Assembly: GCA_964016885.1 (NCBI GenBank)
Contig: OZ024741.1
Span: 306,280,001-306,344,000, forward strand
DNA from: Eledone cirrhosa
Lineage: Eukaryota
Reading direction: 5' to 3'
Length of the DNA: 64,000 nucleotides
The position numbers were made by a program, and so were the translations under genes. The notes beneath the pieces were generated by a model. The model was given only the letters and a program-made list of their open reading frames with translations. It ran no database searches and was not told the DNA's origin. Below are positions 25,901 to 43,900 of the stretch, one piece after another. Each line of letters opens with the position of its first letter. Within the stretch, counting starts at the first letter, position 1.

Positions 25901-28900
25901 CACCATCTCCACCAACACCATCAACACGACAGCCATCCTCACCTCCACCCACCATCTCCACCAACACCATCAACACGACAGCCATCCTCACCTCCACCCA
26001 CCATCTCCACCAACACCATCAACACGACAGCCATCCTCACCTCCACCCACCATCTCCAGCCTCAACACCATCAACACGACAGCCATCCTCACCTCCACCC
26101 ACCATCTCCACCAACACCATCAACACGACAGCCATCCTCACCTCCACCCACCATCTCCACCAACACCATCAACACGACAGCCATCCTCACCTCCACCCAC
26201 CATCTCCAGCCTCAACACCATCAACACGACAGCCATCCTCACACCCACCCACCATCTCCACCAACACCATCAACACGACAGCCATCCTCACCTCCACCCA
26301 CCATCTCCACCAACACCATCAACACGACAGCCATCCTCACCTCCACCCACCATCTCCAGCCTCAACACCATCAACACGACAGCCATCCTCACCTCCACCC
26401 ACCATCTCCACCAACACCATCAACACGACAGCCATCCTCACCTCCACCCACCATCTCCACCAACACCATCAACACGACAGCCATCCTCACCTCCACCCAC
26501 CATCTCCACCAACACCATCAACACGACAGCCATCCTCACCTCCACCCACCATCTCCAGCCTCAACACCATCAACACGACAGCCATCCTCACCTCCACCCA
26601 CCATCTCCACCAACACCATCAACACGACAGCCATCCTCACATCCACCCACCATCTCCAGCCTCAACACCATCAACACGACAGCCATCCTCACCTCCACCC
26701 ACCATCTCCACCAACACCATCAACACGACAGCCATCCTCACCTCCACCCACCATCTCCAGCCTCAACACCATCAACACGACAGCCATCCTCACCTCCACC
26801 CACCATCTCCACCATCACCATCAACACGACAGCCATCCTCACCTCCACCCACCATCTCCACCAACACCATCAACACGACAGCCATCCTCACCTCCACCCA
26901 CCATCTCCAGCCTCAACACCATCAACACGACAGCCATCCTCACCTCCACCCACCATCTCCACCAACACCATCAACACGACAGCCATCCTCACCTCCACCC
27001 ACCATCTCCACCAACACCATCAACACGACAGCCATCCTCACCTCCACCCACCATCTCCACCAACACCATCAACACGACAGCCATCCTCACCTCCACCCAC
27101 CATCTCCAGCCTCAACACCATCAACACGACAGCCATCCTCACCTCCACCCACCATCTCCACCATCACCATCAACACGACAGCCATCCTCACATCCACCCA
27201 CCATCTCCACCAACACCATCAACACGACAGCCATCCTCACCTCCACCCACCATCTCCAGCCTCAACACCATCAACACGACAGCCATCCTCACCTCCACCC
27301 ACCATCTCCACCAACACCATCAACACGACAGCCATCCTCACCTCCACCCACCATCTCCACCAACACCATCAACACGACTGCCATCCTCACCGCCACCCAC
27401 CATCTCCACCAACACCATCAACACGACAGCCACCCTCACATCCACCCACCATCTCCACCAACACCATCAACACGACAGCCATCCTCACCTCCACCCACCA
27501 TCTCCAGCCTCAACACCATCAACACAACAGCCATCCTCACCTCCACCCACCATCTCCACCAACACCATCAACACGACAGCCATCCTCACATCCACCCACC
27601 ATCTCCACCATCACAACCATCACGACAGCCATCCTCACCTCCACCCACCATCTCCACCATCACAACCATCACGACAGCCATCCTCACCTCCACCCACCAT
27701 CTCCACCAACACCATCAACACGACAGCCATCCTGACATCCACCCACCATCTCCACCAACACCATCAACACGACAGCCATCCTCACATCCACCCACCATCT
27801 CCAGCCTCAACACCATCAACACGACAGCCATCCTCACCTCCACCCACCATCTCCACCAACACCATCAACACGACAGCCATCCTCACCTCCACCCACCATC
27901 TCCACCAACACCATCAACACGACTGCCATCCTCACCGCCACCCACCATCTCCACCAACACCATCAACACGACAGCCATCCTCACATCCACCCACCATCTC
28001 CACCAACACCATCAACACGACAGCCATCCTCACCTCCACCCACCATCTCCAGCCTCAACACCATCAACACAACAGCCATCCTCACCTCCACCCACCATCT
28101 CCACCAACACCATCAACACGACAGCCATCCTCACATCCACCCACCATCTCCACCATCACAACCATCACGACAGCCATCCTCACCTCCACCCACCATCTAC
28201 ACCATCACAAACATCACGACAGCCATCCTCACCTCCACCCACCATCTCCACCAACACCATCAACACGACAGCCATCCTGACATCCACCCACCATCTCCAC
28301 CAACACCATCAACACGACAGCCATCCTCACATCCACCCACCATCTCCACCAACACCATCAACACGACAGCCATCCTCACACCCACCCACCATCTCCAGCC
28401 TCAACACCATCGACACGACAGCCATCCTCACACCCACCCACCATCTCCACCAACACCATCAACACGACAGCCATCCTCACCTCCACCCACCATCTCCACC
28501 AACACCATCAACACGACAGCCATCCTCACATCCACCCACCATCTCCACCAACACCATCAACACGACAGCCATCCTCACACCCACCCACCATCTCCAGCCT
28601 CAACACCATCGACACGACAGCCATCCTCACACCCACCCACCATCTCCACCAACACCATCGACACGACAGCCATCCTCACCTCCACCCACCATCTCCACCA
28701 ACACCATCAACACGACAGCCATCCTCACACCCACCCACCATCTCCAGCCTCAACACCATCGACACGACAGCCATCCTCACACCCACCCACCATCTCCACC
28801 AACACCATCAACACGACAGCCATCCTCACCTCCACCCACCATCTCCACCAACACCATCGACACGACAGCCATCCTCACACCCACCCACCATCTCCACCAA

Positions 28901-31900
28901 CACCATCAACACGACAGCCATCCTCACCTCCACCCACCATCTCCAGCCTCAACACCATCAACACGACAGCCATCCTCACATCCACGCACCATCTCCACCA
29001 ACACCATCAACACGACAGCCATCCTCACATCCACCCACCATCTCCAGCCTCAACACCATCAACACGACAGCCATCCTCACCTCCACCCACCATCTCCACC
29101 AACACCATCAACACGACAGCCATCCTCACCTCCACCCACCATCTCCACCAACACCATCAACACGACAGCCATCCTCACCTCCACCCACCATCTCCACCAA
29201 CACCATCAACACGACAGCCATCCTCACCTCCACCCACCATCTCCACCAACACCATCAACACGACAGCCATCCTCACATCCACCCACCATCTCCACCACCA
29301 CCATCAACATGACAGCCATCCTCACCTCCACCCACCATCTCCAGCCTCAACACCATCAACACGACAGCCATCCTCACCTCCACCCACCATCTCCAGCCTC
29401 AACACCATCAACACGACAGCCATCCTCACCTCCACCCACCATCTCCACCAACACCATCAACACGACAGCCATCCTCACCTCCACCCACCATCTCCACCAT
29501 CACCATCAACACGACAGCCATCCTCACCTCCACCCACCATCTCCAGCCTCAACACCATCAACACGACAGCCATCCTCACCTCCACCCACCATCTCCACCA
29601 ACACCATCAACACGACTGCCATCCTCACCTCCACCCACCATCTCCACCAACACCATCAACACGACAGCCATCCTCACATCCACCCACCATCTCCACCAAC
29701 ACCATCAACACGACAGCCATCCTCACATCCACCCACCATCTCCACCAACACCATCAACACGACAGCCATCCTCACATCCACCCACCATCTCCAGCCTCAA
29801 CACCATCAACACGACAGCCATCCTCACCTCCACCCACCATCTCCAGCCTCAACACCATCAACACGACAGCCATCCTCACCTCCACCCACCATCTCCACCA
29901 ACACCATCAACACGACAGCCATCCTCACATCCACCCACCATCTCCAGCCTCAACACCATCAACACGACAGCCATCCTCACCTCCACCCACCATCTCCAGC
30001 CTCAACACCATCAACACGACAGCCATCCTCACCTCCACCCACCATCTCCAGCCTCAACACCATCAACACGACAGCCATCCTCACATCCACCCACCATCTC
30101 CACCATCACCATCAACACGACAGCCATCCTCACACCCACCCACCATCTCCAGCCTCAACACCATCAACACGACAGCCATCCTCACCTCCACCCACCATCT
30201 CCAGCCTCAACACCATCAACACGACAGCCATCCTCACATCCACCCACCATCTCCACCATCACCATCAACACGACAGCCATCCTCACCTCCACCCACCATC
30301 TCCAGCCTCAACACCATCAACACGACAGCCATCCTCACCTCCACCCACCATCTCCAGCCTCAACACCATCAACACGACAGCCATCCTCACACCCACCCAA
30401 CATCTCCAGCCTCAACACCATCAACACGACAGCCATCCTCACACCCACCCAACATCTCCAGCCTCAACACCATCAACACGACAGCCATCCTCACCTCCAC
30501 CCACCATCTCCACCAACACCATCAACACGACAGCCATCCTCACCTCCACCCACCATCTCCACCATCACCATCAACACGACAGCCATCCTCACATCCACCC
30601 ACCATCTCCACCAACACCATCAACACGACAGCCATCCTCACCTCCACCCACCATCTCCAGCCTCAACACCATCAACACGACAGTCATCCTCACATCCACC
30701 CACCATCTCCACCAACACCATCAACACGACAGCCATCCTCACCTCCACCCACCATCTCCACCATCACCATCAACACGACAGCCATCCTCACATCCACCCA
30801 CCATCTCCACCAACACCATCAACACGACAGCCATCCTCACACCCACCCAACATCTCCAGCCTCAACACCATCAACACGACAGCCATCCTCACACCCACCC
30901 ACCATCTCCACCAACACCATCAACACGACAGCCATCCTCACCTCCACCCACCATCTCCACCAACACCATCAACACGACAGCCATCCTCACATCCACCCAC
31001 CATCTCCAGCCTCAACACCATCAACACGACAGCCATCCTCACACCCACCCACCATCTCCACCAACACCATCAACACGACAGCCATCCTCACCTCCACCCA
31101 CCATCTCCACCAACACCATCAACACGACAGCCATCCTCACACCCACCCACCATCTCCACCAACACCATCAACACGACAGCCATCCTCACCTCCACCCACC
31201 ATCTCCACCAACACCATCAACACGACAGCCATCCTCACCTCCACCCACCATCTCCAGCCTCAACACCATCAACACGACAGCCATCCTCACACCCACCCAC
31301 CATCTCCACCAACACCATCAACACGACAGCCATCCTCACACCCACCCACCATCTCCACCAACACCATCAACACGACAGCCATCCTCACCTCCACCCACCA
31401 TCTCCACCAACACCATCAACACGACAGCCATCCTCACCTCCACCCACCATCTCCACCAACACCATCAACACGACAGCCATCCTCACCTCCACCCACCATC
31501 TCCACCAACACCATCAACACGACAGCCATCCTCACACCCACCCACCATCTCCACCAACACCATCAACACGACAGCCATCCTCACCTCCACCCACCATCTC
31601 CACCAACACCATCAACACGACAGCCATCCTCACCTCCACCCACCATCTCCAGCCTCAACACCATCAACACGACAGCCATCCTCACACCCACCCACCATCT
31701 CCACCAACACCATCAACACGACAGCCATCCTCACACCCACCCACCATCTCCACCAACACCATCAACACGACAGCCATCCTCACCTCCACCCACCATCTCC
31801 ACCAACACCATCAACACGACAGCCATCCTCACCTCCACCCACCATCTCCAGCCTCAACACCATCAACACGACAGCCATCCTCACATCCACCCACCATCTC

Positions 31901-34900
31901 CACCAACACCATCAACACGACAGCCATCCTCACCTCCACCCACCATCTCCACCAACACCATCAACACGACAGCCATCCTCACCTCCACCCACCATCTCCA
32001 CCAACACCATCAACACGACAGCCATCCTCACCTCCACCCACCATCTCCACCAACACCATCAACACGACAGCCATCCTCACATCCACCCACCATCTCCACC
32101 GACACCATCAACATGACAGCCATCCTCACCTCCACCCACCATCTCCAGCCTCAACACCATCAACACGACAGCCATCCTCACCTCCACCCACCATCTCCAC
32201 CAACACCATCAACACGACAGCCATCCTCACCTCCACCCACCATCTCCACCATCACCATCAACACGACAGCCATCCTCACCTCCACCCACCATCTCCAGCC
32301 TCAACACCATCAACACGACAGCCATCCTCACCTCCACCCACCATCTCCACCAACACCATCAACACGACTGCCATCCACACCTCCACCCACCATCTCCACC
32401 AACACCATCAACACGACAGCCATCCTCACCTCCACCCACCATCTCCACCATCACCATCAACACGACAGCCATCCTCACCTCCACCCACCATCTCCACCAA
32501 CACCATCAACACGACAGCCATCCTCACCTCCACCCACCATCTCCAGCCTCAACACCATCAACACGACAGCCATCCTCACATCCACCCACCATCTCCACCA
32601 ACACCATCAACACGACAGCCATCCTCACCTCCACCCACCATCTCCACCAACACCATCAACACGACAGCCATCCTCACCTCCACCCACCATCTCCACCAAC
32701 ACCATCAACACGACAGCCATCCTCACCTCCACCCACCATCTCCACCAACACCATCAACACGACAGCCATCCTCACCTCCACCCACCATCTCCACCAACAC
32801 CATCAACACGACAGCCATCCTCACCTCCACCCACCATCTCCACCAACACCATCAACACGACAGCCATCCTCACATCCACCCACCATCTCCACCAACACCA
32901 TCAACACGACAGCCATCCTCACATCCACCCACCATCTCCACCGACACCATCAACATGACAGCCATCCTCACCTCCACCCACCATCTCCAGCCTCAACACC
33001 ATCAACACGACAGCCATCCTCACCTCCACCCACCATCTCCACCAACACCATCAACACGACAGCCATCCTCACCTCCACCCACCATCTCCACCATCACCAT
33101 CAACACGACAGCCATCCTCACCTCCACCCACCATCTCCAGCCTCAACACCATCAACACGACAGCCATCCTCACCTCCACCCACCATCTCCACCAACACCA
33201 TCAACACGACTGCCATCCTCACCTCCACCCACCATCTCCACCAACACCATCAACACGACAGCCATCCTCACCTCCACCCACCATCTCCACCATCACCATC
33301 AACACGACAGCCATCCTCACCTCCACCCACCATCTCCAGCCTCAACACCATCAACACGACAGCCATCCTCACCTCCACCCACCATCTCCACCAACACCAT
33401 CAACACGACAGCCATCCTCACCTCCACCCACCATCTCCACCAACACCATCAACACGACTGCCATCCTCACCTCCACCCACCATCTCCAGCCTCAACACCA
33501 TCAACACGACAGCCATCCTCACCTCCACCCACCATCTCCACCAACACCATCAACACGACAGCCATCCTCACATCCACCCACCATCTCCACCATCACCATC
33601 AACACGACAGCCATCCTCACCTCCACCCACCAACTCCACCAACACCATCAACACGACTGCCATCCTCACCTCCACCCACCATCTCCACCAAAACCATCAA
33701 CACGACAGCCATCCTCACATCCACCCACCATCTCCACCAACACCATCAACACGACTGCCATCCTCACCTCCACCCACCATCTCCACCAAAACCATCAACA
33801 CGACAGCCATCCTCACCTCCACCCACCATCTCCAGCCTCAACACCATCAACACGACAGCCATCCTCACATCCACCCACCATCTCCACCAACACCATCAAC
33901 ACGACAGCCATCCTCACATCCACCCACCATCTCCACCAACACCATCAACACGACAGCCATCCTCACATCCACCCACCATCTCCACCATCACCATCAACAC
34001 GACAGCCATCCTCACCTCCACCCACCATCTCCACCAACACCATCAACACGACTGCCATCCTCACCTCCACCCACCATCTCCACCAAAACCATCAACACGA
34101 CAGCCATCCTCACATCCACCCACCATCTCCACCAACACCATCAACACAACTGCCATCCTCACCTCCACCCACCATCTCCACCAAAACCATCAACACGACA
34201 GCCATCCTCACCTCCACCCACCATCTCCAGCCTCAACACCATCAACACGACAGCCATCCTCACATCCACCCACCATCTCCACCAACACCATCAACACGAC
34301 AGCCATCCTCACATCCACCCACCATCTCCACCAACACCATCAACACGACAGCCATCCTCACATCCACCCACCATCTCCACCAACACCATCAACACGACAG
34401 CCATCCTCACATCCACCCACCATCTCCACCAAAACCATCAACACGACAGCCATCCTCACATCCACCCACCATCTCCACCAACACCATCAACACGACTGCC
34501 ATCCTGACCTCCACCCACCATCTCCACCAACACCATCAACACGACAGCCATCCTCACATCCACCCACCATCTCCACCAACACCATCAACACGACAGCCAT
34601 CCTCACATCCACCCACCATCTCCACCAACACCATCAACACGACAGCCATCCTCACATCCACCCACCATCTCCACCAACACCATCAACACGACAGCCATCC
34701 TCACCTCCACCCACCATCTCCACCAACACCATCAACACGACTGCCATCCTCACCTCCACCCACCATCTCCACCAACACCATCAACACGACAGCCATCCTC
34801 ACATCCACCCACCATCTCCACCAACACCATCAACACGACAGCCATCCTCACATCCACACACCATCTCCAGCCTCAACACCATCAACACGACAGCCATCCT

Positions 34901-37900
34901 CACCTCCACCCACCATCTCCACCAACACCATCAACACGACAGCCATCCTCACATCCACCCACCATCTCCACCAACACCATCAACACGACTGCCATCCTCA
35001 CCTCCACCCACCATCTCCACCAACACCATCAAAACGACAGCCATCCTCACATCCACCCACCATCTCCAGCCTCAACACCATCAACATGACAGCCATCCTT
35101 ACATCCACCCACCATCTCCAGCCTCAACACCATCAACACGACAGCCATCCTCACCTCCACCCACCATCTCCACCAACACCATCAACACGACAGCCATCCT
35201 CACCTCCACCCACCATCTCCAGCCTCAACACCATCAACACGACAGCCATCCTCACATCCTCCCACCATCTCCAGCCTCAACACCATCAACACGACAGCCA
35301 TCCTCACCTCCACCCACCATCTCCACCAACACCATCAACACGACAGCCATCCTCACCTCCACCCACCATCTCCACCAACACCATCAACACGACAGCCATC
35401 CTCACCTCCACCCACCATCTCCACCATCACCATCAACACGACAGCCATCCTCACCTCCACCCACCATCTCCACCATCACCATCAACACGACAGCCATCCT
35501 CACCTCCACCCACCATCTCCACCAACACCATCAACACGACAGCCATCCTCACCTCCACCCACCATCTCCACCAACACCATCAACACGACAGCCATCCTCA
35601 CCTCCACCCAACATCTCCAGCCTCAACACCATCAACACGACAGCCATCCTCACCTCCATCCACCATCTCCAGCCCCAACACCATCAACACGACAGCAATC
35701 CTCACATCCACCCACCATCTCCACCAACACCATCAACACGACAGCCATCCTCACCTCCACCCACCATCTCCACCAACACCATCAACACGACAGCCATCCT
35801 CACCTCCACCCACCATCTCCACCAACACCATCAACACGACAGCCATCCTCACCTCCACCCACCATCTCCACCATCACCATCAACACGACAGCCATCCTCA
35901 CCTCCACCCACCATCTCCACCATCACCATCAACACGACAGCCATCCTCACCTCCACCCACCATCTCCACCAACACCATCAACACGACAGCCATCCTCACA
36001 TCCACCCACCATCTCCACCAACACCATCAACACGACAGCCATCCTCACATCCACCCACCATCTCCACCAACACCATCAACACGACAGCCATCCTCACATC
36101 CACCCACCATCTCCACCAAAACCATCAACACGACAGCCATCCTCACATCCACCCACCATCTCCACCAACACCATCAACACGACTGCCATCCTGACCTCCA
36201 CCCACCATCTCCACCAACACCATCAACACGACAGCCATCCTCACATCCACCCACCATCTCCACCAACACCATCAACACGACAGCCATCCTCACCTCCACC
36301 CACCATCTCCACCATCACCCTCAAGACGACAGCCATCCTCACCTCCACCCACCATCTCCACCAACACCATCAACACGACAGCCATCCTCACCTCCACCCA
36401 ACATCTCCAGCCTCAACACCATCAACACGACAGCCATCCTCACCTCCATCCACCATCTCCAGCCCCAACACCATCAACACGACAGCAATCCTCACATCCA
36501 CCCACCATCTCCACCAACACCATCAACACGACAGCCATCCTCACATCCACCCACCATCTCCACCAACACCATCAACACGACAGCCATCCTCACCTCCACC
36601 CACCATCTCCACCAACACCATCAACACGACAGCCATCCTCACATCCACCCACCATCTCCACCAACACCATCAACACGACAGCCATCCTCACCTCCACCCA
36701 CCATCTCCACCAACACCATCAACACGACAGCCATCCTCACACCCACCCACCATCTCCACCAACACCATCAACACGACAGCCATCCTCACCTCAACCCACC
36801 ATCTCCAGCCTCAACACCATCAACACGACAGCCATCCTCACATCCACCCACCATCTCCACCAACACCATCAACACGACAGCCATCCTCACATCCACCCAC
36901 CATCTCCACCATCACCATCAACACGACAGCCATCCTCACATCCACCCACCATCTCCACCAACACCGTCAACACGACAGCCATCCTCACATCCACCCACCA
37001 TCTCCACCAACACCATCAACACGACAGCCATCCTCACATCCACCCACCATCTCCACCAACACCATCAACACGACAGCCATCCTCACATCCACCCACCATC
37101 TCCACCATCACCATCAACACGACAGCCATCCTCACCTCCACCCACCATCTCCAGCCTCAACACCATCAACACGACAGCCATCCTTACCTCCACCCACCAT
37201 CTCCACCAACACCATCAACACGACAGCCATCCTCACCTCCACCCACCATCTCCAGCCTCAACACCATCAACACGACAGCCATCCTCACCTCCACCCACCA
37301 TCTCCACCAACACCATCAACGCGACAGCCATCCTCAACTCCACCCACCATCTCCAGCCTCAACACCATCAACACGACAGCCATCCTCACCTCCACCCACC
37401 ATCTCCACCATCACCACCATCACGACAGCCATCCTCACCTCCACCCACCATCTCCACTAACACCATCAACACGACAGCCATCCTCACCTCCACCCACCAT
37501 CTCCACCAACACCATCAACACGACTGCCATCCTCACCTCCACCCACCCTCACCACCAACACCTTCAACACGACAGCCATCCTCACATACACCCACCATCT
37601 CCACCAACACCATCAACACGACAGCCATCCTCACCTCCACCCACCATCTCCAGCCCCAACACCATCAACACGACAGCCATCCTCACATCCACCCCCCATC
37701 TCCACCAACACCATCAACACGACAGCCATCCTCACCTCCACCCACCATCTCCACCATCACCCTCAACACGACAGCCATCCTCACATCCACCCACCATCTC
37801 CACCAACACCATCAACACGACAGCCATCCTCACCTCCACCCACCATCTCCACCAACACCATCAACACGACAGCCATCCTCACACCCACCCACCATCTCCA

Positions 37901-40900
37901 CCAACACCATCAACACGACAGCCATCCTCACATCCACCCACCATCTCCACCAACACCATCAACACGACAGCCATCCTCACACCCACCCACCATCTCCAGC
38001 CTCAACACCATCAACACGACAGCCATCCTCACACCCACCCACCATCTCCACCAACACCATCAACACGACAGCCATCCTCACATCCACCCACCATCTCCAG
38101 CATCAACACCATCGACACGACAGCCATCCTCACACCCACCCACCATCTCCACCAACACCATCAACACGACAGCCATCCTCACATCTACCCACCATCTCCA
38201 CCAACACCATCAACACGACAGCCATCCTCACATCCATCCACCATCTCCACCAACACCATCAACACGACAGCCATCCTCACCTCCACCCACCATCTCCAGC
38301 CTCAACACCATCAACACGACAGCCATCCTCACCTCCACCCACCATCTCCACCAACACCATCAACACGACAGCCATCCTCACATCTACCCACCATCTCCAC
38401 CAACACCATCAACACGACAGCCATCCTCACACCCACCCACCATCTCCAGCCTCAACACCATCAACACGACAGCCATCCTCACATCCACCCACCATCTCCA
38501 CCAACACCATCAACACGACAGCCATCCTCACATCTACCCACCATCTCCACCAACACCATCAACACGACAGCCATCCTCACATCCACCCACCATCTCCACC
38601 ATCACCATCAACACGACAGCCATCCTCACCTCCACCCACCATCTCCAGCCTCAACACCATCAACACGACAGCCATCCTCACCTCCACCCACCATCTCCAC
38701 CAACACCATCAACACGACTGCCATCCTCACCTCCACCCACCATCTCCACCAACACCATCAACACGACAGCCATCCTCACATCCACCCACCATCTCCAGCC
38801 TCAACACCATCAACACGACAGCCATCCTCACCTCCACCCACCATCTCCACCAACACCATCAACACGACAGCCATCCTCACCTCCACCCACCATCTCCACC
38901 AACACCATCAACACGACTGCCATCCTCACCGCCACCCACCATCTCCACCAACACCATCAACACGACAGCCATCCTCACATCCACCCACCATCTCCACCAA
39001 CACCATCAACACGACAGCCATCCTCACCTCCACCCACCATCTCCAGCCTCAACACCATCAACACAACAGCCATCCTCACCTCCACCCACCATCTCCACCA
39101 ACACCATCAACACGACAGCCATCCTCACATCCACCCACCATCTCCACCATCACAACCATCACGACAGCCATCCTCACCTCCACCCACCATCTCCACCAAC
39201 ACCATCAACACGACAGCCATCCTGACATCCACCCACCATCTCCACCAACACCATCAACACGACAGCCATCCTCACATCCACCCACCATCTCCAGCCTCAA
39301 CACCATCAACACGACAGCCATCCTCACCTCCACCCACCATCTCCACCAACACCATCAACACGACAGCCATCCTCACCTCCACCCACCATCTCCACCAACA
39401 CCATCAACACGACTGCCATCCTCACCGCCACCCACCATCTCCACCAACACCATCAACACGACAGCCATCCTCACATCCACCCACCATCTCCACCAACACC
39501 ATCAACACGACAGCCATCCTCACCTCCACCCACCATCTCCACCAACACCATCAACACGACAGCCATCCTCACATCCACCCACCATCTCCAGCCTCAACAC
39601 CATCAACACGACAGCCATCCTCACCTCCACCCACCATCTCCACCAACACCATCAACACGACTGCCATCCTCACCGCCACCCACCATCTCCACCAACACCA
39701 TCAACACGACAGCCATCCTCACATCCACCCACCATCTCCACCAACACCATCAACACGACAGCCATCCTCACCTCCACCCACCATCTCCACCAACACCATC
39801 AACACGACAGCCATCCTCACATCCACCCACCATCTCCAGCCTCAACACCATCAACACGACAGCCATCCTCACACCCACCCACCATCTCCACCAACACCAT
39901 CAACACGACAGCCATCCTCACCTCCACCCACCATCTCCACCAACACCATCAACACGACAGCCATCCTCACCTCCACCCACCATCTCCACCAACACCATCA
40001 ACACGACAGCCATCCTCACCTCCACCCACCATCTCCACCAACACCATCAACACGACAGCCATCCTCACATCCACCCACCATCTCCACCAACACCATCAAC
40101 ACGACAGCCATCCTCACATCCACCCACCATCTCCAGCCTCAACACCATCAACACGACAGCCATCCTCACCTCCACCCACCATCTCCACCAACACCATCAA
40201 CACGACAGCCATCCTCACCTCCACCCACCATCTCCACCAACACCATCAACACGACAGCCATCCTCACATCCACCCACCATCTCCACCAACACCATCAACA
40301 CGACAGCCATCCTCACATCCACCCACCATCTCCACCAACACCATCAACACGACAGCCATCCTCACCTCCACCCACCATCTCCACCAACACCATCAACACG
40401 ACAGCCATCCTCACCTCCACCCACCATCTCCAGCCTCAACACCATCAACACAACAGCCATCCTCACCTCCACCCACCATCTCCACCAACACCATCAACAC
40501 GACAGCCATCCTCACATCCACCCACCATCTCCACCATCACAACCATCACGACAGCCATCCTCACCTCCACCCACCATCTCCACCATCACAACCATCACGA
40601 CAGCCATCCTCACCTCCACCCACCATCTCCACCAACACCATCAACACGACAGCCATCCTGACATCCACCCACCATCTCCACCAACACCATCAACACGACA
40701 GCCATCCTCACACCCACCCACCATCTCCAGCCTCAACACCATCGACACGACAGCCATCCTCACACCCACCCACCATCTCCACCAACACCATCAACACGAC
40801 AGCCATCCTCACCTCCACCCACCATCTCCACCAACACCATCAACACGACAGCCATCCTCACATCCACCCACCATCTCCACCAACACCATCAACACGACAG

Positions 40901-43900
40901 CCATCCTCACACCCACCCACCATCTCCAGCCTCAACACCATCGACACGACAGCCATCCTCACACCCACCCACCATCTCCACCAACACCATCAACACGACA
41001 GCCATCCTCACCTCCACCCACCATCTCCACCAACACCATCGACACGACAGCCATCCTCACACCCACCCACCATCTCCACCAACACCATCAACACGACAGC
41101 CATCCTCACCTCCACCCACCATCTCCAGCCTCAACACCATCAACACGACAGCCATCCTCACATCCACGCACCATCTCCACCAACACCATCAACACGACAG
41201 CCATCCTCACCTCCACCCACCATCTCCAGCCTCAACACCATCAACACGACAGCCATCCTCACCTCCACCCACCATCTCCACCAACACCATCAACACAACA
41301 GCCATCCTCACCTCCACCCACCATCTCCACCAACACCATCAACACGACAGCCATCCTCACCTCCACCCACCATCTCCACCAACACCATCAACACGACAGC
41401 CATCCTCACATCCACCCACCATCTCCACCAACACCATCAACACGACAGCCATCCTCACCTCCACCCACCATCTCCACCAACACCATCAACACGACAGCCA
41501 TCCTCACCTCCACCCACCATCTCCAGCCTCAACACCATCAACACGACAGCCATCCTCACACCCACCCACCATCTCCAGCCTCAACACCATCAACACGACA
41601 GCCATCCTCACACCCACCCACCATCTCCAGCCTCAACACCATCAACACGACAGCCATCCTCACACCCACCCACCATCTCCAGCCTCAACACCATCAACAC
41701 GACAGCCATCCTCACCTCCACCCACCATCTCCACCAACACCATCAACACGACAGCCATCCTCACATCCACCCACCATCTCCAGCCTCAACACCATCAACA
41801 CGACAGCCATCCTCACCTCCACCCACCATCTCCACCAACACCATCAACACGACAGCCATCCTCACCTCCACCCACCATCTCCACCATCACCATCAACACG
41901 ACAGCCATCCTCACCTCCACCCACCATCTCCACCAACACCATCAACACGACAGCCATCCTCACCTCCACCCACCATCTCCACCAACACCATCAACACGAC
42001 AGCCATCCTCACCTCCACCCACCATCTCCACCATCACCATCAACACGACAGCCATCCTCACCTCCACCCACCATCTCCAGCCTCAACACCATCAACACGA
42101 CAGCCATCCTCACCTCCACCCACCATCTCCAGCCTCAACATCATCAACACGACAGCCATCCTCACCTCCACCCACCATCTCCACCAACACCATCAACACG
42201 ACAGCCATCCTCACATCCACCCACCATCTCCAGCCTCAACATCATCAACACGACAGCCATCCTCACCTCCACCCACCATCTCCACCAACACCATCAACAC
42301 GACAGCCATCCTCACCTCCACCCACCATCTCCAGCCTCAACATCATCAACACGACAGCCATCCTCACCTCCACCCACCATCTCCACCAACACCATCAACA
42401 CGACAGCCATCCTCACATCCACCCACCATCTCCAGCCTCAACATCATCAACACGACAGCCATCCTCACATCCACCCACCATCTCCACCAACACCATCAAC
42501 ACGACAGCCATCCTCACCTCCACCCACCATCTCCAGCCTCAACACCATCAACACGACAGCCATCCTCACATCCACCCACCATCTCCACCATCACCATCAA
42601 CACGACAGCCATCCTCACACCCACCCACCATCTCCAGCCTCAACACCATCAACACGACAGCCATCCTCACCTCCACCCACCATCTCCACCAACACCATCA
42701 ACACGACTGCCATCCTCACCTCCACCCACCATCTCCAGCCTCAACACCATCAACACGACAGCCATCCTCACCTCCACCCACCATCTCCACCAACACCATC
42801 AACACGACAGCCATCCTCACATCCACCCACCATCTCCACCATCACCATCAACACGACAGCCATCCTCACCTCCACCCACCAACTCCACCAACACCATCAA
42901 CACGACTGCCATCCTCACCTCCACCCACCATCTCCACCAAAACCATCAACACGACAGCCATCCTCACATCCACCCACCATCTCCACCAACACCATCAACA
43001 CGACTGCCATCCTCACCTCCACCCACCATCTCCACCAAAACCATCAACACGACAGCCATCCTCACCTCCACCCACCATCTCCAGCCTCAACACCATCAAC
43101 ACGACAGCCATCCTCACATCCACCCACCATCTCCACCAACACCATCAACACGACAGCCATCCTCACATCCACCCACCATCTCCACCAACACCATCAACAC
43201 GACAGCCATCCTCACATCCACCCACCATCTCCACCATCACCATCAACACGACAGCCATCCTCACCTCCACCCACCATCTCCACCAACACCATCAACACGA
43301 CTGCCATCCTCACCTCCACCCACCATCTCCACCAAAACCATCAACACGACAGCCATCCTCACATCCACCCACCATCTCCACCAACACCATCAACACAACT
43401 GCCATCCTCACCTCCACCCACCATCTCCACCAAAACCATCAACACGACAGCCATCCTCACCTCCACCCACCATCTCCAGCCTCAACACCATCAACACGAC
43501 AGCCATCCTCACATCCACCCACCATCTCCACCAACACCATCAACACGACAGCCATCCTCACATCCACCCACCATCTCCACCAACACCATCAACACGACAG
43601 CCATCCTCACATCCACCCACCATCTCCACCAACACCATCAACACGACAGCCATCCTCACATCCACCCACCATCTCCACCAAAACCATCAACACGACAGCC
43701 ATCCTCACATCCACCCACCATCTCCACCAACACCATCAACACGACTGCCATCCTGACCTCCACCCACCATCTCCACCAACACCATCAACACGACAGCCAT
43801 CCTCACATCCACCCACCATCTCCACCAACACCATCAACACGACAGCCATCCTCACATCCACCCACCATCTCCACCAACACCATCAACACGACAGCCATCC